64,000 nucleotides of DNA. It comes from Azolla caroliniana (taxonomy: Eukaryota; Plantae; Polypodiophyta). Under the pieces are notes generated by a model. It saw nothing but the letters and a program-made list of their open reading frames with translations, had not been told where the DNA came from and did no database searches. How positions within the stretch are numbered: position 1 is the stretch's first letter; each line of letters starts with the position of its first letter. The stretch lies in assembly GCA_043228905.1 (NCBI GenBank), contig JBHGNT010000009.1, positions 12,958,001 through 13,022,000 of the forward strand, in the 5' to 3' direction. The position numbers were made by a program, and so were the translations under genes. This document shows positions 12,030 through 24,846 of this stretch, in pieces.

Positions 12030-13988
12030 CCCTTATGCCGCCCCGTACAACTCCTACGGATAACAACGTTTCGACTTCAAAATCACATATTGACCGGGGA
12101 AGCAGCAAGGAAAAGCAGATGCACTATCACGGCGTTCATATCTTGCACCTCGTCCTGGTGATCCAGCATTTGATAATCAAAAGCAAGTAATCTTGGGACC
12201 AACACGATTGCACACAACGCGGATTTTTCACACCCCGATGGATTCACGGATTATCGATGACATACGTGCAAACTTTAAGACGGATAGTTTTGTTCAAGAC
12301 ATCCTGGCGCACATTGATACTTCTCGGGCATCCTGTTCTCAGTCTCAACAACCAAGTATTGACTACCGACAATTCGAATATCATGATGGTTTGTTATTCT
12401 TTAAAAAGCGCGTATATGTCCCCGATTGCTCCTACCACCTTCAAATTGTCCAGAATTGTCATGACACCCATACGGCAGGACATTTCGATAGTACTAAGAC
12501 GTTGGATCTAGTGTAGCGATCTTTTTGGTGGCCCCACATGCGCCATTTTGTTGACGACTACGTTCGGACCTGTGATGCTTGCTGTCGAGCAAAGATGCCA
12601 CAACACCATCCATATGGCTTGTTGGAACCCTTACCGATTCCAAGTAAGCCGTGGCAATCTATTTGTCTTGATTTTATCACCGATTTGCCGGTCTCGAAGG
12701 GGTTTGATGCTATCTTAACCGTCGTCGATCGATATACGAAGATGGCACATTTTGTGCCGTGTACTAAGGCCATCACTAGCAAGGAAACCGCCGCCCTCGT
12801 CATGCGTGAGGTATTTCGGCATCACGGCCTCCCAGACAGTATCATCAGTGACCAAGGACCTCAATTCGTCTCCAAATTTTGGCAACATCTCTTCAAGATG
12901 CTCAAGGTTTGTTGCAACCTCTCCTCCAGCTACCATCCTCAAACCGATGGTGTTACGGGCATGACCATATAATATCCCGTGGTGAGAATTTACCGTAGTA
13001 TTCTATACACATGGATAAGTGTGAGGGTTAAACAAGAGTGTAAAGAAGGGGAGGATTACTTTTAAATCCTCGGGATTGAGACAACCCATTAGGCCAAGTG
13101 TGAACATGGCTGGGGGCCTTGGGTACCGCTATAAATAGAGGCCTAGCTATCCTCATTTGAGGATCTGGTTGACTACGTCGAGACTCTATCTTGTGGTGGG
13201 TCAACTCTTGTAGCAAGCGCGCCAGCACCAGATACGACTCGACGCCACGGCGGTGGTATGCCGCCGATCGAGGCGTCGAGTCGTACCTACTGCTGGCGCG
13301 CTCTCTTCTTGAACCTTATAAAGCAAACACCATTCCCGATCGTGTTACACCACCGCCGCCCCTACTGGAGTTGGACATCGGCCCGGAGTATGAAGTTGCT
13401 GCCATCCTCGATTCCAAACTTGTTCGCAACAAACTTTATAATTTGGTCGATTGGCTCGGTTATAGTCCGAGCGAACGTACTTGGGAACCCGTCGAGCATG
13501 TTACCAATGCTCAGGATCTTCTTGCTGATTTCCACCGAATATATCCGGACAAACCCGGTCCGCAATCAGCGTCGACTCGTTCCACTCGTCGAACGAGTTC
13601 TTACCATTAGACTATGAATTGTAATTTGTAGGATATTATTTTCATTTATGCTTTATCATAGAAAATTGATGTATGTTCTAAATCTCTCTGGAACATTCTA
13701 GAAGCTTCAGGAATATTCCTAAAAACACTATAAAAGGAGGCACAAGGCATTGTTTTGAACCAAATTGGTTCAACGCCAGTCTTAAGCCTCTTAGCCACTT
13801 TGTACTTATCTTTCACATAATATATTAGCTGCTATCATCATCTTTCTCTCTCTCATTCTCGCTATCTCTCTCTCTCTCCTCTTCTCTCTTCCTCTCTTGG
13901 GAATCTTACGCAGTCTCGTCCTCTTAGTACTAATAGTACTTCTCTTCTCTAGTACTAATTCTCCCTCTGTTTAGTACTATTCCTGACA
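12030..13988 (+). mobile_element. Chromovirus (Tcn1-like) gypsy 3' fragment: integrase, chromodomain and 3' LTR
   Basis: H2C2 zinc motif (HDTHTAGH...CDAC), PWQSICLDFITDLP, SDQGPQF, YHPQTDG and chromodomain EYEVAAILDS...YNLVDWLGY...TWEP. LTR-like region ~13600-13988 has TATAAA and ends in ...ctgaca. Confidence 0.88.
12951..13300 (+). mobile_element. Truncated LTR-like insertion interrupting the chromovirus integrase
   Basis: Starts TGTTAC immediately after YHPQTDG and contains CTATAAATA at ~13129. The integrase resumes at ~13300 after a deletion. Confidence 0.55.
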
Positions 13989-14774
13989 CCGATGAGACCA
14001 ACTTGACGAAAATCATCCACATACCGTTGAGGTTGTAGTCAGATAATAAGTTTAATCTAATATATGAACCCTCGGAAGTGCTTCCTCGTGCCATTGAACT
14101 TGTCAAGTAAACTAATCTTGGGCTCCATACTTGTAGTGAGATGGGGAGGAATTGGAGAAAGATTAGATGAGGGACCAGGCTCTATAGGTAGAACATTTGT
14201 TGATGTAGGAGGAGAGTTGTTTTTTTCTTCAAGTTCCATCGGTTTTCCAACTTGACGCTTCCGTAACAATTCCCGAAGGTTGTCATTCTCAAGTTGAAGT
14301 TGATGCATGGCTTCCATGAGCTAATTTATTCTCTCAGTAAGATCCGACATGTTGAGGCTTAGAAAATGGGAAGGTGAACAAACTGTCATGAACGGGTGGA
14401 TGAGTCTAAATACTAAGAGAGAGAAGGAGAGAGAGAATACACAAGAGAACAAGAAGTGAATTATGCTTTTGTAACTGTTGTTGTTCACCTTGATTGTAAT
14501 CAAGGTGCACCAGAGTATTTATACAAGAATGTGGAGGTATGCATGAAAGTTAGAAAACTTCTAGAGAGTGCATGGAAACTTCTAGAGAGTGCATGAAGAT
14601 GCATTCTCTAGAAGGTTCTTGAAAGTTCTAGTGATCAATCTACAATGTAATAAGTTGAATCTTATACAATACAATAATGTAGATAGATGTAGCTCAACTG
14701 GTAAGGTTGTCTAATAAGACCAAAAGGTCATGGGTTCAACCCCCACAATTTCATGTGGCATCCTATCTATGACA
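13989..14774 (-). mobile_element. Chromovirus-like 5' fragment: 5' LTR (14384-14774) and gag N-terminus
   Basis: LTR has TGTCAT/ATGACA termini. Gag reads MSDLTERIN*LMEAMHQLQ...EPKISLLDKFNGTRKHFRGF. No tRNA PBS follows the LTR. Confidence 0.75.
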
Positions 14775-16634
14775 CCGATCGGTTGCAAGTGGGTGTACAA
14801 GGTAAAGTATAATGTTGATGGTTCGGTCAACCGGTACAAGTTTCGATTAGTGGCAAAAGGATACGCGCAAACCCAAGGATTTGACTACGACGAGACCTTC
14901 GCTCTGGTAGCGAAGATGACGACAGTTCGTGTGGTAATAGCGGTTGTTGCAGCAACGGGATGGCATCTTCAATCCAAATGGATGTGAAGAATGCATTTCT
15001 TCAAGGCGACCTTGAAGAACAGGTCTACATGATCCAACCCCCCGGTGTGCCAGCTTAAGAAGTCCATTTATGGCCTGAAGCAAGCCCCCCTTGCTTGGAA
15101 TTTGAAGATCACGCACTAGTTGCGTAAGATGGGGTTTCCGGTTTCAAAGTCAGACTCTTCGATGCTCATCCGGAAAGGTCTGGATGGTCTGGTATGTATC
15201 TTGTTATACGTGGATGATCTAGTCATCACCGGACCTGGTCGAGTGAAGTCCCAGTTGTCGGATGCTTTCGAAATGAAGGACCTCGTGGACCTTCATTACT
15301 TCCTCGAGATCGAAGTGATCCACACCCCCAATGGTGTATTGCTCTCTCAGCGACATTATGTGTTGAATATGTTGTACAAGTTCGGCATGAAGGAATGTCG
15401 ACCAGTCTCCACACCCCTGGACCGGAACCTAAAGCTTCATCCCGACTCCGGACCGGCCTACGATGAGAAACGGTTCTGACAAATAGTCAGACCTGTGATG
15501 AGAAACAGGTCCTCAGCGGCGAAGTAAAACTCCGGTATGTCCAGACGGATCGGCAAGTTGCCAACATCTTCAGAAGGCCCTTCAGACCAATAATGTGCAA
15601 CATTTTTCGGAGATGCTTGGTCTTCAGCATCTCAACATGCCGCACTTGAGGAGAACTAGACGGAAACTGGGAAAACATGTGATGGAACCGGGCAAAGAGC
15701 CGGAGAGATAGGGGGACACAAGAAGAAAAAGGAAGTCGAGTCGACTGAAGAAGTCGGCACATCCGATGAAGTTGGAACAAGCGGCAACGACGGTAGAGTC
15801 AAGAAAGATAGAACCGACCGAAACAAGAAGGCCAAGACCCAGACATGGTTCGATGTGGTGAAGGTCCTGAAAACTGATGACGAGTTGGAGACAACCAATT
15901 CGAACAAGAGTTGGAACGAATCAGAGTTACCCGATTCGGAAGCGGTGCTTGATTGGGAGGAGCCGGATCAACTGAAGGCCAAATAGACAAGGAGGCAGCG
16001 GAAGTCGACACTGACACGAAGGAACCGATGGGTCGAGATGCGCCAGAGTCGTAACAACAAAGGAGTTGAGATGGGCCTTCTTAGCAAACAAGCCGACGGA
16101 GAAGGTCGAGGTGCGCGGGACCGGACGAGTCAAGGAGCGCAAGCGAGCAAGGCGGGAGGATGCCAGGGGGAGCCGCAAGAGAGGGTGGCTACGATTGACA
16201 CTGACAGCACGATCCGACCTCAAGTTGAGCTTGAGAGGGAATGTTGAGCGGACAAGCTCAACTGGATACGAATTGGCTGAACAAGCCAGAGCCGGATCGG
16301 ATTGGAACCGGTAGGCTGTTAGAGGCCTACGAATCTAGCCTAGTACGTAGGCATATTTTTAGGAGTTAGTGTCAGTAGCTCGTATGAGCATTGAAGTATT
16401 TGTTAGTACTTCTGTCAGTCCATGTAAGGACTTGTATAAAAATGTTCTCTGACCACATTCTATGTACAGAGTGTTAGTTTTTGAATTGAGTTTATGTTTT
16501 TTGCTCTCTCTCTCTCTCTCTCTCTCCTGTGTATTCTTTGTTGTTAAGCTTCCATTAAACCTTCATTCACTATTTTATTGTTGTAATCCGGCTAAGTCGG
16601 TTTGTCTACAAGCTTCCGCATATTATTCTTCACA
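14775..16634 (+). mobile_element. Degenerate copia RT/RNase H fragment with PPT and 3' LTR (16242-16634)
   Basis: Motifs PIGCKWVYK, RLVAKGY and LLYVDDLVITG. PPT gagagggaa precedes TGTTGAG. Related to the 18533 element. Confidence 0.85.
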
Positions 16635-17552
16635 ATGGTCGATTTGTCTCATTGCCGAAAGGTCAGCAGTCAGTCGATGCAGCCAAATCGCTTCCTTCGT
16701 TGCTTCTAATGTTGTTATGTACTCTACTTCTGTAGTAGACAGGGTTATTCACTCTTGAAATTTTGACCTCCATGACATGGCACCGCCACCATAGGTGAAT
16801 ATGTAGCCTGATGTCGACTTTTGATTGTCTGAATTCCCAGCATAGTCAGAGTCGGTGTAGCCTTTGACTTCTGTCGGATTTGCCGATCTGAAAGTCAGTT
16901 GTGCATCTTCGGTTCCTCTTAGGTACCTGAAGATGTGTTTGATGGCCTCCCAAAGCTTCTGTCTTGGGTTAGACATGTACCCGCTGACCACCCCTATGAC
17001 ATAGGCAAGGTCGGGTCGAGTCACCACCATCGCATCACGTACATGATACTTCCTACAACCGATGCATAGGGTATCTGTCCATTAAGCTCTTTCTCCTCGT
17101 TCGTTGAAGGAGAGTCTCTGTTCGATAGTCGGATCGATGTCAGAAGTGGTGTTGGAGTTGGCTTGGCATTTTCCATGTTGAAGCGTCTCAACACCTTTTG
17201 GATGTAGTCGGATTGGGACAATCGAAGAGTCTTTGTCTTCCGATTTCGCTCGATCCTCATGCCTAGTATATGTCAGGCTTGTCCAAGTTCCTTCATTGTA
17301 AACTTGTTGTGAAGACTCCACTTTAGCTTTCTGATTTCAACTTGATTCCTCCCTGCAATCAGCATGTCATCGACGTATAGGATCAGATAGATCCGAGACT
17401 TGTTGGCTAGTTGCCAAGTATATAGGCATGGGTCAGAGTTGGATAGGTTGTCGTCGAGCTATCAGATGTAGGAGTCAAACTTCTGGTACCGCATCCTTGG
17501 CACTAGTTTTAAGCCATAGAGGCTTTTCTTCAGTCGACCCACAAGGTGACGT

Positions 17553-18266
17553 TGTCGTAGTGTATTTCGTACACTACGTGAAAAACTTATAAAGTACCGA
17601 TTTAATAAATACGAATAAATAGTAGAAAATATTAAAATATATATAACATGCATAGGGCAAGATTCAAACCTTGCACCTCCATGTTAATAATGTAATGTCT
17701 TACCATTACACTAGCATTTCATTAATGTTAAAAAGTAGACATCCCACATAGAAGCTTTATTTCACATATATTTTCTAGATAAAAAAAAAAGAGCTATAGT
17801 TAGATAATAATAAAAAACGCATGATCACTTTTAGAAAAAGCATGTAGTCTATCGACAGAAAAAGCATGGAGTCTATAATTAGAGAAAACGCATGGGTTAG
17901 AAAAGACTCTCTCATCTCTATATAAGGATGAGGAGCACAATGTAATGGGTGTGTGAAATATTTGGAAATTGGATATATTTCCGAAAACACCAACCGATTA
18001 ATATAATCGTGGGATTCACGAAAATAATAATCTATACTTATGGGATTCACAAGTTTCTTATATCTTTCTTTCAATCTAAATACATATTCTTATCTAAATA
18101 TTGATTAATCGAATACAATACACTCGTGGGATTCACGAAATTTCTATCTCTCTTTCTAATAATCTATTCATTACTAGCCTCATCTCATATTCTTCTTTCT
18201 CCTAGTCCAAAACCCCGGTGGTTCCCACCCGACTCACGCAACGATCCGGCGCCGAAAGGCACGACA
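17553..18266 (+). mobile_element. Solo LTR (714 bp) with a 4-bp TSD
   Basis: Termini TGTCGT...ACGACA flanked by ACGT (17549-17552 and 18267-18270). Removing the insert and one TSD restores GEERHLVGRLKK in the host RT. TATA box near 17919. Confidence 0.85.
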
Positions 18267-18912
18267 ACGTTCCTCCCCCATCGTCGTGAAGCCTGCCGAT
18301 TGAGACATGTAGATGTCTTCTTCCAGATCTCCATGTAGGAAAGTCGTCTTGACGTCCAATTGGTCCAGCTCTAGGTCTTTTGTCACCACAACCCCGAGTA
18401 GGAGTCGAAGGGTGGTCATCTTGACTACTGGAGAAAATATCTCGTCGTAGTCAACTCCGTGTTCTTGCTTGAAGTCGCGGCAAGCCGAGCTTTGTATTGG
18501 GGCTTCTCTGAGTCAAATACATATTTGTATCTTGTAAAAAGTAACGTGCGGAAGCAAGTGTGAGGACCAAACAGGAGGAAGAAAACTCAGGTTCAATGGA
18601 GAGCTTGAGCTTACGCAGTATACGTGGGAGAGACAGAGAGAGTGAGAGAGAAGACACCAAAAGAGAATGTGTGTATATTTTTTCTAAAGAAAAAAACAAC
18701 AACAAACATATATGTGTTCAATGAACACTTTGTACAAGTCCTAGGAGGACTGACCGAAGTACTGACAGTACTTCAATGCTCATTAAGAGCTCTTACACTA
18801 ATTCCCAAATATATTCCTCACGGAATATCTTTCCTAACGGCCTAACCGATCGGTCCCAACCGATCCGGTCCTCGGCTTCTTCAGCCAATCCGGCCGATGT
18901 TGAGCTTGTCTC

Positions 18913-21601
18913 TCAACACTCCCCCTCAAGCTCAACTTGAGGCTCTTCGGGATCTTCACAGCTCCAGTTCCTCCTGGCTTCACGCCTCGCTCGCACTCCT
19001 CGACCTGTTCGACTCCGTGCGCTTCGACCCTTCCGATCGGCTTGTCTGCTCATTTGGCCCTTATCAGCTCTTCTGCTGTTGCGGTGTCGACACTTCTTTT
19101 GCTGCCTTTTCTTCCGCTTGGGCCTCGGTTGATTCAACGTGTCTGAATCAAACATCTGAACCGACTCGGCTACCTCCGATCGGTTTTCACTCTCGTCTGA
19201 GTTGGCTGTCTCCAACTTGTCTTCAGTCTTCTCGCCCTCGATGGCGTCATCTCCCCCATGCGTGGTTGGCTTCGGCTCTCTCCTTCGGCTGCTCCCCTTC
19301 TGTCCGCTTCCGGACTTTTCCTCGGGTCCGCCCTCGGCTTCTTCAGCCGATCCGAAGTCAAACTCGTCAACCGACTCGGTGTCACGGTCTCCGCTCCTTT
19401 CCTGCTGCCTTGCTTGGTCGTTCGGGACTGTTCTCCCCCTCAAGTTCGGCACATCGAGGTGACACAACCCGAGCGCACCAGAGAATTGCCGCAACTTGTC
19501 CAGACCAAGAGGCTTTGTGAAGATGTCGGCAGTCTGCCGATCCGTCAGCACGTACTGAAGTTCGACTTCACCGGAAAGGACACGCTCACGGACGAAATGG
19601 TAGTGCACCTCAATGTGCTTGGTCCGTGCGTGGAAAACGGGGGTTCTTCGCGAGCTGGATGCTGCTGAGGTTGTCACAGTAGATCGTCGTCGGATCTGAC
19701 ACCTCCACTTGCAAGTCCTTAAGTAGCCGCTTCAACCATATGGCTTCGCATGTCGCGACAGCCGCTCCTCGGTACTCAGCTTCGGTGCTCGACAGTGCAA
19801 CTGTCGGCTACTTCTTACTGCTCCACGCGATCGCGGCACTCCCGAGGGAGAACGCGTATCCGGACGTGGATCGGCGATCGGCGGCGTTGCCAGCCCAATT
19901 AGCATCGGTCTGATATAGCAGTCCTCGGTCCTTAGTGCCACTTACGTACCGCAGTACGCGTTGCGCACACTGAAGGTGCTCCTCGATAGGTCGCGCCATG
20001 AACTGACTGATCACCCCGACCGGATAACTGAGGTCGGGTCGGGTGATGGTCAAGTATATGAGGCTTCCGACAATATGTCGGAACCTCGTCGGGTCGCATA
20101 CCTCTCCCGTATCGGGACGAAGCTTGATGGTTCTGTCTAGAGGAGTCGAGACGGACTTACAGTCGGCCATCCCGAGTTTGAAGAGCATACCCAGCACGTA
20201 ATGACGTTGGCTGATCAATATGCCTTCGGGGGTACGGATCACTTCGATCCCGAGGAAGTAATGAAGGTCCCCCAAATCCTTCATGTCGAACGATGCCGCA
20301 AGCTGGAGCTTCACGCGGTCGATTTCGCCTAGGTCAGCGCCGGTGATGACCAAGTCATCGACATATAGTAGAATACTAACCGGTCCGAGTCGACCTTTCC
20401 GGATGAATAGGGAAGAGTCCGATTTTGACGTGACGAAGCCCATCCGACGTAGTTGTTGCGTGATCTTCGCGTTCCAGGCACGCGGGGCTTGCTTCAGTCC
20501 GTAAAGGGACTTCTTCAGTCGGCATACTGCCGAGGAGTTTGTTCCGAAGGGAAATCCGAGGGGTTGTACCATGTACACTTGTTCCTCAAGGTCACCTTGC
20601 AGGAACGCATTCTTTACATCCATTTGATGTAGGTGCCACCCCTTGGCCGCAGCTACTGCGAGCAAAACACGGACGGTCGTCATTTTCGCGACCGGCGCAA
20701 ATGTCTCATCGTAGTCGATGTCGTGTTTCTGTGCGTAGCCCTTTGCCACTAGCCGAGCCATGTACCGGTTGACCGAGCCATCGGTGTTGTACTTGACTTT
20801 GTACACCCACCTACACCCGATCGGTTTTACCCCTCTTGGTGCGTTTACTTCCATTTGATGTAGGTGCCACCCCTTGGCCGCGGCTACTGCGAGCAAAACA
20901 CGGACGGTCGTCATTTTCGCAACCGGCGCAAATGTCTCATCATAGTCGATGCCGTGTTTCTGCGCGTAGCCCTTTGCCACTAGCCGAGCCATGTACCGGT
21001 TGACCGAGCCATCGGTGTTGTACTTGACTTTGTACACCCACCTACACCCGATCGGTTTTACCCCTCTTGGTGCGTCAACCAGGTCCCAGGTCTCGTTCTC
21101 CGCCAATGCGTGCATCTCTTCCTCCATCGCGACACGCCAATTCGTGTCTTTAGCCGCTTCTGCGTAGCTCTCCGGCTCACGCACTTCCGCTACACGAGTC
21201 ATGTACGCATAATGATGCACCATGTACTCGTTGTATCCGAACCGCAAAAAAAGATTCTTCTGGCGGGTAGATCGGCGTAATCTCGCATTAGCCGATGTCG
21301 AGGCCTTCTCGATCGACGCGGACTTCACTTTTAAAGACCTGTCACCGGTTCCCTCGGAGTCGGACTCGTGTCGGTCTGACTCATTCCTATCCGTGCCGGG
21401 ATCCGACACCTTCTTCACTTTCTCTTTGCGTGTAAGCCGTCTCCTCGGCTTCCTGCGCGGGGAATGCATGGTCGAGTCTCCACTACTCGCCGACTCTTTA
21501 TCGGACTGGTCGTACCGACTCGGCCGTCCAATCGGTCCACTTAAGCGGAGTGAAATAGGACTCTCTTCGCGGGTCTCGATTTCGGGCTCATCCGGAGGCA
21601 T
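18913..21601 (-). pseudogene. Copia RT and RNase H with an in-frame 77-aa duplication and a long C-terminal tail
   Basis: Motifs LLYVDDLVITG, DANWAG and HARTKHIEVHYHF. ORFs 19808-21601 and 18913-19677 are separated by a stop and a frameshift. Confidence 0.93.
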
Positions 21602-23697
21602 CTCGACCTTGCTGACCTCATCGTCAGAGCTCGGATTGGAGTCGGGGGCAGGTACCAGGACGCGGACTCGTCAAACACAACGTCGCGGCTGACACACGCT
21701 TGTTTGGTGCGAGGGTTATAGCACTTATAACCCTTCTGCTCGTCCGAGTAACCGACCAAGATGCATTTCTCGGCCTTTGTGTCCAGCTTCCTCCTTTTCT
21801 CCTTCGGTATATGCACATACGCAATGCTACCGAACACCCTCAAGTGTCGTAAGTTCAGCTTTGTTCCGAAGTATAGCTCGTGCGCCGACACCTTGTCTCC
21901 GATCCGGTTTTGGATGTATATTGCGGTCCTTACCGCCTCGGCCCAGTAGAACTTGGGCAAGCTCTTCTCCTCCAGCATTGCTCGTGCCGCTTCCACAACT
22001 GACCGATTCTTTCTCTCGGCCACGCCGTTCTGCTCCGGCGTGTATCTACAACTGAATTCGCGGCGAATTCCCATTTGTTGTAGGTAACTGTTGAATTGAC
22101 CGGAAAAGTACTCTTTCCCGCCATCCGACCGCAGACACTTGATCTTTCGTCCCGTTTCCGTTTCCACGAACCCTTTGAGGTCCTGGAAAATGTCGAAGAC
22201 TTCGCTCTTCCTCTCAATGAGGTAAATCCACGTGTGGTCGTCGATGAAGGAGACGAAATATCGGCTCCCACCAAGACTAACGTTTTGTGCCGGCCCCCAT
22301 ACATCGGAGTGTGTAAGGTCGAGCTTGTTCCGGCTCCGGTTTCGCTCGTTGGGGAAGGGAAGTCGGTGTTGCTTCCCGAGCTGGCAGGCTTCACAAATTT
22401 GTGCCTTTCGGCCACTAAATTTGGGCAATCCGAACACTACCTGTTTCATTTGCAGATCTTGAAGCCGCTGGTAGTTGACGTGGCCTATCCGCTTCTGCCA
22501 CAAGTCGATGTCCGACTCAGATTTTTGTCCCTTCGCGAACATTGCGGTGCCGCCGTCAGTGGAGTCGAGGATGAACATCCTCCCATCTCTGCGCCCTTGC
22601 GCAATCACACGGCCTTCTTCCTCAATGAAGCACCCGAGGTGTGTAAACCGAACCTCCATCCCTTGGTCGACGATCTGTCCGACCGAGACCAAGTTTTTCG
22701 TGATTGTCGAGACGTGCAGCACGTTCATGAGTTTCCCTTTCTGCCTGACATGGCTAAGGGGAACTTCTCCGACATTCGCGATCGGATGCGGAGTGTCGTC
22801 TCCTGTTGCGACTACTCCAAGTTGTCTCGGTTTTTCAAGGTACGAGAACCACTCCTTATGGCTCGTCATGTGGTTTGACGCGCCGGAGTCTACGTACCAC
22901 ACCTCGTCCGATCTCGGGGTGCTCTGTTTCATTGAGTTTGCTTCGTGTCTCGTCACGAAGGCAGACCCTTCTCCGGTTCTCCCGGAGTCTTCGGCGTAGT
23001 GCGATTGCTGCCGATTTCCCTTGTCAGTATGTCTGGAGCCGTTTCTGGAACAGGTTCTCTCCGAATCGGCGCGTTTCTTCCAGCACTCACTTCCCCTGTG
23101 GCCTTTCTTGCCACAGTACCAGCACTCCACAATGGCCTTCCCTTGCCGGTTCTCATCGCTTCGACTCCCCCTGTTTCCGGAGGGTCCAGAGTTGCTGTCG
23201 GCATCAGTTTGGTGCCTTCTTCCTTGATCTCGTCGGCCGCCTCCATTGCGCGCCGACTCGCCTCGTCCTCCACGTCCACTAGGCCTATCTCCCTCCGTGT
23301 ACAGCATTCTATTGTCAGTGTGCGTGCTTGTAGACGCACCCGCGTGGTTCTCCTCTACTAGGAGCATTGATTGTAAGTCAAAAAAGGACGGCGTATTCTC
23401 CTGGGTACACACAGTCGTTTGGAACGCTCCGAACTTCGACGCCAAACCTCCAAGACAGATCTGGACCATCTCGCTCTCCTCGATGTTCACCTCTATGGAG
23501 GCGAGGGAGTCGCAGATATCCTTGATCTTCGAGGTATAGTCCACCACCGACAAGTCGCGTTGTCGTAGGTTGCTCAACTCCTGTAGGAGCTGAAGCTTCC
23601 TGGTTGTGGTGCTCGCGGCGAAAATCTTCTTCAGATTTTCCCACGCACCCTTTGGCGTCTTTGCATCCCGAACATAGCTCAATAGTTGTTCGCCCAC
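21541..23697 (-). pseudogene. Copia gag-protease-integrase part of the polyprotein (frameshifted at both ends)
   Basis: Motifs CWYCGKKGHRGSEC, WYVDSGASNHMT, HSDVWGP, LRSDGGKEY and PEQNGVAER. Confidence 0.93.
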
Positions 23698-24846
23698 ACA
23701 CGACGCGAAGCAGTATAATACCCTGCTCGCCGATTGCTCCCATGACGGGAAGTCTCTGTGTGTCGATTCGGGTGCCGCGTCATTAGCTCCTTCGACATAA
23801 CTCTAGTAGCCGTGCCCGAGCAGGTACTGGTGCATCTTGTAGGACCAAGACGCGTAGTTGGTTCTGTCGAGCTTCTCTGCTGGAAGCGAGCTCGCCATGC
23901 CTCTATCCATTGTTCTTCTTGTTCTTCTTCGTCAAGCTGTGTCGGCTGCAGAGAGGTTCTCAACCCTCGCGCTCTGATACCATGTAAAAAGTAACGTGCG
24001 GAAGCAAGTGTGAGGACCGAACAGGAGGAAGAAAACTCAGGTTCAATGGAGAGCTTGAGCTTACGCAGTATACGCGGGAGAGACAGAGAGAGTGAGAGAG
24101 AAGACACCAAAAGAGAATGTGTGTATATTTTTTCTAAAGAAAAAAACAACAACAAACATATATGTGTTCAATGAACACTTTGTACAAGTCCTAGGAGGAC
24201 TGACCGAAGTACTAACAGTACTTCAATGCTCATTAACAGCTCTTACACTAATTCCCAAATATATTCTTCACGGAATATCTTTCCTAACGGCCTAACCGAT
24301 CGGTCCCAACCGATCCGGTCCTCGGCTTCTTTAGCCGATCCGACCGATGTTGAGCTTGTCTCTCAACATATCTAAAGACCCATTTGCAGGGTAGCGGCTT
24401 CCTTCCTGGTGGTACTTCGCCCAACTCCCATGTTTGATTCTGTCGAATCAAGTCCATCTCGAATTACATGGCTTGTAGCCATGTATCGGCGTCCAATGCA
24501 ACTATAACTTCTTCATATGTGCGTGTTTCGCCTGCATCGGTGTAGTTGACGTAGTCCAGACCCAGTTGATATAACTCTGTTGGCCTTCTAATTCATCTGG
24601 ATCTCTTGAGTGCTGATTTTGTTGGTTCGAACTCTTCAGTCAACTCAACCGACCGATCGGTGTTACTTGAACCATATTCAGTAGTCCTGTTAGATGAATC
24701 ACCCCTGTAGTAGGATTTCGGTGATGTCATGGCATCCTCCCCTTCTTCGGCATTAGTTGACTTAGAGGTAGAAGTCTTAGCCGACTCGGTTCTGTTTTTC
24801 CCTTTGGCCTTGGGTCGGTCGGTCGGGTCGACTCTATCGTTTCCGA

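Larger units (their letters stand above)
18533..24368 (-). mobile_element. Near-complete Ty1/copia retrotransposon
   Basis: 386-bp LTRs at 18533-18918 and 23983-24368 with about 8 mismatches by eye. TSD TATCT, PBS TGGTATCAGAGC (initiator Met) at 23982-23971, PPT GAGGGGGAG next to the left LTR. Confidence 0.97.
16635..24846 (-). mobile_element. Degenerate Tnt1/Tork-like copia RT region hosting two nested insertions
   Basis: Motifs LPCKWVFRY (split by the 18533 insertion), [41 protein letters not shown] and GYTDSDYAG. Confidence 0.85.

Noticed and set aside
14689-14747. Functional tRNA gene (also 17655-17713)
   Set aside because: A and B boxes are present but there is no proper anticodon arm or acceptor stem; treated as tRNA-derived LTR sequence.
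22096-23539. Long plus-strand ORFs opposite copia pol (also 8592-9194 and 38048-38812)
   Set aside because: They are shadow ORFs of GC-rich coding sequence on the other strand.
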